Assembly (NCBI RefSeq): GCF_051859145.1
Contig: NZ_JBHYGF010000001.1
Coordinates: 4,032-68,031, forward strand
Reading direction: 5' to 3'
DNA length: 64,000 nucleotides
DNA from: Dyadobacter sp.
GTDB taxonomy: Bacteria; Bacteroidota; Bacteroidia; Cytophagales; Spirosomataceae
A model generated the notes under the pieces. The model had not been told where the DNA came from and made no database searches. It was given only the letters and a program-made list of their open reading frames with translations. Positions 57,176 through 64,000 of the stretch are shown here, in pieces; positions within the stretch are counted from its first letter, which is position 1; each line of letters starts with the position of its first letter. A program made the translations under genes and the position numbers.

Positions 57176-58612
57176 TTATTCAATGATCTCAGAATCAGTT
57201 TCTTCTTCTGTCTCAGATTCTTCGTTATTTTTACCCGCTCTTAACAGAATCTGGTAGTTGGGTCTTACCTGAGCCTTTGGCTGCTGCATCTTTCTTTGAA
57301 GCACATTTCTACCTGTTTGCATCACCATATTAACGCCCTGACTGGCGAGCTGACCTCCAACTTGTTGTGCGACCGACCCGCCCATTACATATGAAGGAGA
57401 CATCATCTGCGTCGAGCTTTGTGCAAGTGAGTTATTTACTTGTTGCTTAATTCTCATATCAGGAACGTACAAACCCTTGCGGCCATCCAAATCATAAGCT
57501 ACAAGGCTTACATTGTAGATGAAGTTATTCACTCTAATTGTGCTAACGGATATATCTATACGATCTCCGGTAATTCGGGCAATTCCGTATACCAAAGTAT
57601 TTTGTGGCAGGATTAGTGGTTCTCCTTCTATCATAATTTGGGTTTCATCCTGCATCCGGATAGAAACTGATGAACCATTTGTTACTGTAATCCCATCTCC
57701 GTCACCATGTACTACGGCCCGGATAGATCCTTTAACTTTTGATGGTCGATTGTTTTTCACCTTACTGCCGTTCAATCCGTAAAATCCATTCCCACCTTCT
57801 CTCCCATTTGTTCCGATTGAAGAAGTGTTAACTTCTACGCTATATTCATCACTGCTTTGAGAATTCTGTCCTTTATTTCTTCGAGGAGAATAATTTCTTG
57901 GAACTGCGTTTTGGGAAACATTCATAGGCCGCTGCACCGGCTGGTTTTGTTGGTTCATTTGCTTATCTAGCATGGCCAGCAGTTTGTCATTTGCTTTAAG
58001 TCGTTGTTCTTCTTCTCTGATCGCTCGTGCCTTCTCAGCTCTTTCTTCTCGCTCAGCAGCAGGATTATTATACATATTGTTAACTGTCCGGTTAACATCT
58101 CGATTGTAGGCATTTTGCTGCGCGATACTGCTTTGTCTCACCTTGTTTTTTCTTTGCTGGCTGGTCAATTTCATATCCTCTGAACTCAAAGTGCCAGTCC
58201 CTTTATTTGCTGCCCCAATTGATTTTGCAAAATTTTCGACATCACTTTTGGTATTCGGTTCCAATCCACTAACGTTATTATTATCACCTGCCATCATGCG
58301 GGAATTGATGTTCGCATTGTCATCTAGCGTTATTCCCAGGCCAGAAACCGGCTGCATATCTCCCGGTAAACTGGCTGCTGCATCATACTTCTGGTCTTTC
58401 TTCAACTCTTTAACTTTTGCATCCGGTATGGCCAGATCCAGACCTACTTCTTTGTTTACTTCTTGTTTAGGGCCTCCAATCCATCCTTGCTGGTTGCCGA
58501 CAATACCTATTCCAACTAGAAAAGGAAGGGGTAGGAGTATCATGAATAAGTGCTTCGATGGCTTCGAAAGAGCCTTAGCTTTTTCAGCCTTTATTTCGGT
58601 AGTTGCTGCCAT
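57176..58612 (-). CDS. traM: Conjugative transfer protein TraM
   Basis: N-terminal TM, coiled coil, C-terminal AVVHG..G.SV.IR and AYDLDGRKGLYVP. Confidence 0.92.
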   Translation of the reverse strand: MAATTEIKAEKAKALSKPSKHLFMILLPLPFLVGIGIVGNQQGWIGGPKQEVNKEVGLDLAIPDAKVKELKKDQKYDAAASLPGDMQPVSGLGITLDDNANINSRMMAGDNNNVSGLEPNTKSDVENFAKSIGAANKGTGTLSSEDMKLTSQQRKNKVRQSSIAQQNAYNRDVNRTVNNMYNNPAAEREERAEKARAIREEEQRLKANDKLLAMLDKQMNQQNQPVQRPMNVSQNAVPRNYSPRRNKGQNSQSSDEYSVEVNTSSIGTNGREGGNGFYGLNGSKVKNNRPSKVKGSIRAVVHGDGDGITVTNGSSVSIRMQDETQIMIEGEPLILPQNTLVYGIARITGDRIDISVSTIRVNNFIYNVSLVAYDLDGRKGLYVPDMRIKQQVNNSLAQSSTQMMSPSYVMGGSVAQQVGGQLASQGVNMVMQTGRNVLQRKMQQPKAQVRPNYQILLRAGKNNEESETEEETDSEIIE

Positions 58613-58613
58613 T

Positions 58614-58859
58614 TTAGTGTTTGATTATTACTGATAAAATAGAATATAAGAAGTAGCAGAAGGAGGTAACCCACAAGAAAATGACAATTCCACTTGTCGT
58701 TTTTTTTCCAATTATGTCCTGCCAAGAATTTAGCTTGTTTCCTGTTATCTGGAATTGGGCATCTATCTTTTCACGGATAGTCGAACCTAACTGATAACCA
58801 GATAGTTGTTTCTCGTCTGCCGGTTTTTTATCTTTTCTTTTAAAATTGTTGAGAATCAT
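58614..58859 (-). CDS. TraL-like small membrane protein
   Basis: 81 aa with a C-terminal TM segment, between traK and traM. Confidence 0.6.
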   Translation of the reverse strand: MILNNFKRKDKKPADEKQLSGYQLGSTIREKIDAQFQITGNKLNSWQDIIGKKTTSGIVIFLWVTSFCYFLYSILSVIIKH

Positions 58860-58893
58860 TGTTCAACCAGGGTTAATTTTTGAAGACATTTTT

Positions 58894-59520
58894 TTACCTG
58901 ACAGCTCCCACATTTTCTTCCTTAGGATCACTTCTGTGAGTAATTGTAAAGTTTCTTAAAAGGAAACCTTGGGGATTCACCTCTGATCGTGTAACGTCAA
59001 CCAAGGTTGCTTCTGAGGCCAATATGCGGGTACTTCTATTGGTTGCTCGTTCTTGGGTTATTTTAAAAATTGTCCTTACCGTGTAAGGATATTTTTTCAA
59101 GTCTACATCGACGCTTTCAACTGTAACTTTCTGATTTGTATTTGATTGAATCAACTTTTGATAAAATTGATCTTCCTTTAATCTGTCAAACGTTCGCTTT
59201 GCAGATTCGTCTGCTAGAAAGGAAGCTTTAACAAAATTCGCTTCAATTGACCTTGCGTCAGGCGGACAAGTGAAAAACAGCTCGTGAAAGCGAGTTACAT
59301 GGAATTTTGCTTCTGCAGGTCGGTTTTCTAATACATTTGCGCTAAACGCTTCTAGTGCAACACCTCTGTTAATCACATATATCCGATTACTTGAATCATG
59401 AACTTGTTTAAAAGCGAGCACTACCGAAACAATGCAAATTAATATGCAACCAACGATCACTGTAATTACCAGTAGTCTGTTCCGTTGATGCCCCTTCTCC
59501 ATATTTAATAGCTCATTCAT
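58894..59520 (-). CDS. traK: Conjugative transfer protein TraK (VirB8-like)
   Basis: RPAEAKFHVTRFHELFFT.PPD, RSEVNPQGFLL. Confidence 0.93.
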   Translation of the reverse strand: MNELLNMEKGHQRNRLLVITVIVGCILICIVSVVLAFKQVHDSSNRIYVINRGVALEAFSANVLENRPAEAKFHVTRFHELFFTCPPDARSIEANFVKASFLADESAKRTFDRLKEDQFYQKLIQSNTNQKVTVESVDVDLKKYPYTVRTIFKITQERATNRSTRILASEATLVDVTRSEVNPQGFLLRNFTITHRSDPKEENVGAVR

Positions 59521-59750
59521 TTTTTTATTTTTTTGATGTTTGGAATGATGATCTCAGTTCTATTTTTTGTCTCGTCGTACACCTGTATAGTGACACCTCG
59601 GTTATGCACATAGAACACTGCTGTTTCGTCTGCATAATATTTGTAGCACCAGGCTAAACATCCGATAGTCAAGGTGAAAGCAAGAATTGTAATAATTATC
59701 GCTTCCAGTTGCACTCGGAGATACGATTGGTATAATGATGGTTTTTTCAT
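59517..59750 (-). CDS. Small membrane protein between traJ and traK
   Basis: 77 aa, one TM segment, overlaps both neighbours. Confidence 0.6.
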   Translation of the reverse strand: MKKPSLYQSYLRVQLEAIIITILAFTLTIGCLAWCYKYYADETAVFYVHNRGVTIQVYDETKNRTEIIIPNIKKIKK

Positions 59751-60967
59751 TAGCTAACTGTTGCTGTTTTTGGTGCTGGCTTGGCCGAAAAAGATCCGGA
59801 TCTTCCTGATGGATAGCCGCCACCATTTTGGCTACCACTATCATTATTTTTTGATCCCATTATATTACCCATACCGCGTGATGCTCCTGCTTGCTGTACA
59901 ACTGATCCCATTGGTCCAGCTCCACCCATACTAGCAGCACCCATTGAACCACCGCCCATTCTCATACCTCCGAACCGTTTTGCAGCCATACCACCAGCAG
60001 CAGCTTTTCCCGTAAGTCCCTGAATCATCCCGGATGATCCACCGACAACCATTATCATGTTTGTAATGGATGGTATTTGTGTGTAGAGTACTAAAAGGAT
60101 AATAAGGACTCCGGTATAAACTAACCCAAAGGCAAATGGATCTTGTCCTGGAAGCGTGGAAGACATATCACCAGAAATCATCATTTCATCCAGAAACCCC
60201 ATGTTTAGAGTGACAGCGATATTTTGATATATTCCAGCCACCATCGGCAAAAGGGCATAGTTAATGTATTTGCCAAACCATTCAATTACGTTGTTGGATA
60301 AACCATCGAAAATGGCAAAAGCAATGGCTAATGGAGCAATAACTCTTAGTATTATACGATATATTGCTGAGATCAAATACAGGATTATGTATGCAATATC
60401 TCCCAGTAATGCGAGTATGGCTTGTGTGAAGTCATATAAAGCTGATTTGAAATCATCTGCCATTTTTCCAGTTGCAATATTAAAAGCCTTGCTGACTGAT
60501 TTAAACATATCGTCTTCTGGCTCCCCAAATTCCATGTTATATGCATCTTCATTTTCTTCTATTTGCTGCCACTTCTTTTTAACAGCTTGTTCCCTTTTTT
60601 TCTGTAATTCAGCAACTCTTTGCTTAACTGACTCACTGTCCGCTTGCGCAGCAACAGCAACTTTCTTAAACGTTGCATCTATTAGATTAGTAATCTCTGG
60701 AATCAAGCCTATTAAGATCATTAAGGCAAAGGGCCTGAGTAGGGGGATAAAATTGATTCCTTCGTTTCTTACAATCTGACCGGATATTTTTGAACCAATG
60801 TAAAATAGGCCAGCGATTCCGGCAATTCCCCTGGATGCGGCCATTAGCTCAGTACCAATAGCACTACCATAAGTATTGTCAGCTACCTGCTTCGTATACA
60901 TTAAATCTATTACTCTCAATAGATCGGCGCTGCCGAAACTGTCAGCTAGTAGCATAAATGTGCTCAT
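59750..60967 (-). CDS. traJ: Conjugative transfer protein TraJ (VirB6-like)
   Basis: INFIPLLRPF, APLAIAFAIFDG, WFGKYI; multiple TM segments and a Gly/Met-rich tail. Confidence 0.92.
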   Translation of the reverse strand: MSTFMLLADSFGSADLLRVIDLMYTKQVADNTYGSAIGTELMAASRGIAGIAGLFYIGSKISGQIVRNEGINFIPLLRPFALMILIGLIPEITNLIDATFKKVAVAAQADSESVKQRVAELQKKREQAVKKKWQQIEENEDAYNMEFGEPEDDMFKSVSKAFNIATGKMADDFKSALYDFTQAILALLGDIAYIILYLISAIYRIILRVIAPLAIAFAIFDGLSNNVIEWFGKYINYALLPMVAGIYQNIAVTLNMGFLDEMMISGDMSSTLPGQDPFAFGLVYTGVLIILLVLYTQIPSITNMIMVVGGSSGMIQGLTGKAAAGGMAAKRFGGMRMGGGSMGAASMGGAGPMGSVVQQAGASRGMGNIMGSKNNDSGSQNGGGYPSGRSGSFSAKPAPKTATVS

Positions 60968-61002
60968 ATGATCAATGTTAATTGTGTATGTTAGAGAAGG
61001 GG

Positions 61003-62184
61003 CTATTCTTTCTCTTTAATTTTTGTCGTGGACTGCCCTTTATATTTCTCTGCAATCGCGGCTTCGGCTGCGGTCATTTTCTCGTTCATTTCTTTTGTGT
61101 ACTGATCTCTGAGCGGAGCTACCGTTTCCTGCACAAGCATGTTGCGCTGCATATCAATTCCTTTCTCGTAAGCTTCCCAAAGTGGCCCGCATATTTCTTC
61201 CATTTGGTATTCCCAATCTGCCATAGCTTTCTTGAAATCATCTTTCCCTTTGTCTTCATATTGAGTAGTTACCGTTACTCCGGACGTTGAATCATAATGC
61301 ATGGTCGTCCCGAAAAATGTACCGTTTCCAGTTGGAGTAGGAACCATTGGACAGGCTCCCTCTCTCATTTTTATTGCATAGAAGCCGTTCTCAGTTGTTT
61401 TTGGTATTCGCATGTTTGCAAGTGATTGAGCCTCTAATTCGGCAATTTGAAGTTTATTATTAAACTCCTGATAAAGTTGCTGTTGAATCATGGCAGCCTC
61501 CTGAGCCATCTTTTTTTCAATGTCAAAATCGACTTCTTCATTATCATATTCGTTTCCGAATGTATAACCTGGGAACTCATCAACACCGGAAAAGCCACTT
61601 CCACCTTCTCCTGATACATTACTGGCAATCTTGTAAAGACGGGCAGTGGCACTTTTATCGTCCATACCGAATGCCCTTCGTTGTGAGATATAGTTTATCT
61701 TTCCGACGTATGACTTAATTTCCGAATTCAAGTTGCGCAGTCTTTCGGAAGCTTTGTTCACTCCCTCAAGTCTTGAACCATCATCCATCGTAGAGTTTTT
61801 CTGTTGCACCACTTCGGCCAAATCCTTAGTGATATTTGCTACTTCCTTAGAAAAACTTGTAAAGTCTTTCGATATCACGCTATATTCTGATGATAATATG
61901 TGCTTATCAGCAGCAAGCGCAGCTCCATAGTTATTGATCAGCTTTAACGTAGTCGTCGCTTCCTGAGCCAAGCTTACACCCCTTCCAACTTGACGTATGA
62001 ACTTACTGATTTGAACCAATTTCTTCACATTACCTACCAATTGTACAAAGCTGGGTTCTTGGAAGAACTTGATAATGGTTGTAATTACAGTGTGGATAGG
62101 ATCGTTCGTAATCATTTGTGAATACGCACCGCCCGATAAAGAGAAAAATAGTAATGCTGCAAAAACGTGTTTTTTAAGTTTCAT
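61003..62184 (-). CDS. DUF4141/TraI-like protein with a long C-terminal extension
   Basis: Signal peptide, QMITNDP, MDDGSRLE (M.D.ERL-like), located between traG and traJ. Confidence 0.65.
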   Translation of the reverse strand: MKLKKHVFAALLFFSLSGGAYSQMITNDPIHTVITTIIKFFQEPSFVQLVGNVKKLVQISKFIRQVGRGVSLAQEATTTLKLINNYGAALAADKHILSSEYSVISKDFTSFSKEVANITKDLAEVVQQKNSTMDDGSRLEGVNKASERLRNLNSEIKSYVGKINYISQRRAFGMDDKSATARLYKIASNVSGEGGSGFSGVDEFPGYTFGNEYDNEEVDFDIEKKMAQEAAMIQQQLYQEFNNKLQIAELEAQSLANMRIPKTTENGFYAIKMREGACPMVPTPTGNGTFFGTTMHYDSTSGVTVTTQYEDKGKDDFKKAMADWEYQMEEICGPLWEAYEKGIDMQRNMLVQETVAPLRDQYTKEMNEKMTAAEAAIAEKYKGQSTTKIKEKE

Positions 62185-62214
62185 GATTGCTATGATTTAA
62201 AGTGGAATTGACTT

Positions 62215-63999
62215 TTAGTTGTTGCTTGTTGCTAATTGCTTACGTGGCCGTTCTCCACCTGCCCAAGCAGTTGTAGCTCTGGTCATATCATTATGATAAA
62301 CCTCTTTGGCAAGTCTATGTATTTCTTCCACTTCATCTTTTCTAGTAGTAAAGGCAGCATACGCGGTTGGGCTTACTTCAATACCATACACTTTGGCGTA
62401 GTCCTTTAAAAGGATACACACTTCTCTGTAAGGTGGCCTTTTATGATCAATGGATCTGTTGACAGATTGTACAATGGAAGCCTGTTTTTCACTTAATCCG
62501 AGTAAGCCTTCAATCTCTTTAAATCTGTTTTCGTAATTTTTCTGATCTAAAAGGATTTTAATATCAGAGTTATTGATAATTGCATCTTTTACAACTTCAC
62601 TACCGATAAGATCATCAAGTTCCTGGGTAACAACTATCAAGGAACCATCATGCTTTCTAACTGTTTTAGATGCCCAACGCAGGAAGTTTGCAAATTTTTC
62701 TTTCGTCAAAGCTTTCCAGGCTTCTTCAATAATTAGAGCCTTAATTGTTCCCTTTACGTTGAATAACTTACGTACATAAGTATTCATAATCATGATTGTT
62801 GTCACCGGAAACAATACAGGATGGTCTTTAATGTTGTCCAACTCGTAGATCACAAAAGGGAGATCCATCAAATCAATGTTCTTCCTGGAATTGAGCAGGA
62901 AACCGTATTGCCCATCATCATAGTATGGCTTCAATACGTAAAGGAAATTTTTTAAGTCAAACTCGACATCTTCTCTGCCGCCGTTTTTATGGAATACTGC
63001 GGGAAACTCAACTTTTGTATAGTCGTAAAAAGTATCGAAACAAGGATAGTACTTCTCTCCAGATAATCTTTTAACTCTTAGGAACACATAATATGAGTGA
63101 ACAATATCTCTGATAGTTGTTAGTTCAGCATTTGTTACTCGCTCATTATCTGTTTTCCAAAGGCTTAATAGCAATTCAGACAGAGCGTCTTCATCTTCCT
63201 CTGATGGATTGAGTGTTTTAAAGAAGAATGGATTAAAGGCGATTGGATCATCTTGTGAATAGGTGATATATCTACCACCCATTGTTTCACATAATTTTTT
63301 GTAACTGTGCCCAACATCTACAATACTTACATGCATTTTGGCTGTAAGCATGTAATAGACCATGTTATTTGTGAAAAAGGATTTTCCTGATCCGGATGGA
63401 CCCACAATAAATGTATTTCTATTAGCGATCGCACCTTTCTTCAAAGGGGCATCATACAGATCAACCATTAATGGATAGCCAAACCTATCTGTCATTCGTA
63501 TCCCGGAGGGAGAATATCCAGCGTCATTGTAGTTTGTTTCCATCGCCAGTAAACTAACGGCTTCGTCAACAAATGATGTTAGCAAATTGTCTATTCCGAT
63601 TTCTGCAATGTTACCCGGTATGCAACTCCAATATATTGTAGATATGTCGTGTCTAGCTTGTCGTGGGGTGAACCCCAAGTTTGCAATAGAAGAAGCCGTA
63701 GTTGATTTATATGCTTCCGCAGTTTCTCTGTCATTTGCCCAAATCATGACATTAAAATGCGCCTTTACAGGAACCCTTCCATTTTTTTCCATTTCTAGAA
63801 GAAAATCATCTTTGTATGCCATTGATACCTGATTCCCTTTTTCCCACTCAGAAAAGGAGTTGTGTCTTTTAATTTCCTTCACAAGGTTTTTGTTGATACT
63901 CCCACGATCTTCAATCATTATTACTTGATTGAAGATATGATTGTAGGGCATTCCAATACCTAAGACTGCACCAGTGCTTACTGGTATTTGGTATCTATC
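62215..63999 (-). CDS. traG: Conjugative VirB4-like ATPase TraG, 5'-partial
   Basis: NRNTFIVGPSGSGKSF Walker A, IVDVGHSY, IIEEAWKAL, VTQELDD; frame open to the window edge. Confidence 0.95.
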   Translation of the reverse strand, partial: DRYQIPVSTGAVLGIGMPYNHIFNQVIMIEDRGSINKNLVKEIKRHNSFSEWEKGNQVSMAYKDDFLLEMEKNGRVPVKAHFNVMIWANDRETAEAYKSTTASSIANLGFTPRQARHDISTIYWSCIPGNIAEIGIDNLLTSFVDEAVSLLAMETNYNDAGYSPSGIRMTDRFGYPLMVDLYDAPLKKGAIANRNTFIVGPSGSGKSFFTNNMVYYMLTAKMHVSIVDVGHSYKKLCETMGGRYITYSQDDPIAFNPFFFKTLNPSEEDEDALSELLLSLWKTDNERVTNAELTTIRDIVHSYYVFLRVKRLSGEKYYPCFDTFYDYTKVEFPAVFHKNGGREDVEFDLKNFLYVLKPYYDDGQYGFLLNSRKNIDLMDLPFVIYELDNIKDHPVLFPVTTIMIMNTYVRKLFNVKGTIKALIIEEAWKALTKEKFANFLRWASKTVRKHDGSLIVVTQELDDLIGSEVVKDAIINNSDIKILLDQKNYENRFKEIEGLLGLSEKQASIVQSVNRSIDHKRPPYREVCILLKDYAKVYGIEVSPTAYAAFTTRKDEVEEIHRLAKEVYHNDMTRATTAWAGGERPRKQLATSNN

Positions 64000-64000
64000 A

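Noticed and set aside
58143-58634. 163-aa plus-strand ORF; also 60264-60779 and 54965-55270
   Set aside because: Antisense to well-supported traM, traJ and traQ; no independent signals
1-64000. Prophage, integron, retron or integrase-bounded ICE
   Set aside because: No phage structural genes, tyrosine integrase, reverse transcriptase or attC-like arrays seen in the window

Overview
A Bacteroidota-type accessory region, most likely part of a large conjugative plasmid or plasmid-like ICE (inferred from CTn-type tra genes, TAnnTTTG promoter elements and an ArsR-regulated mer module). From left to right: (1) 1-5.8 kb, the end of a heavy-metal RND efflux operon (adaptor, CusA/CzcA-family pump, TolC, NreB-like MFS). 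(2) 6.5-27.9 kb, an AT-rich defence island: an orphan serine resolvase, an unknown OB/cold-shock-like protein, an XRE-Vsr-Dcm-GHKL ATPase-Z1-DUF4420-AIPR (Mza-like) operon, a YhcG/DUF1016 nuclease, a type II CBASS (cap4-cdnD-cap2-cap3) followed by a gamma-glutamylcyclotransferase-like gene, an orphan AbiLi/RloA-like ATPase and a GNAT-like ORF. (3) A degenerate tRNA-Ser-like unit that still has a promoter-like element and a terminator. (4) A DNA-repair cluster (SRAP, LigD, ExoIII) with no Ku in the window. (5) A Tn3-family mercury-resistance transposon (34383-42839, 38-bp IRs, ATAAA target duplication, broken tnpA) that split a small gene, which can be rebuilt in frame. (6) A candidate replicon: an unrecognised 379-aa protein followed by 24-bp direct repeats in 32-bp phase, a perfect DnaA box and an AT-rich tract. 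(7) A second Tn3-family transposon (48875-54496, ATCCT duplication, intact tnpA) inserted among the distal repeats and sharing a 22-bp ArsR operator with the first. (8) A Bacteroidota conjugation block (traQ-O-N-M-L-K-J-I-G) running off the right edge. The best novelty candidates are the Rep/iteron replicon, the GGCT gene appended to CBASS, and the tRNA-like RNA beside a GNAT-like gene. Family assignments come from motif recognition only; no database search was run.
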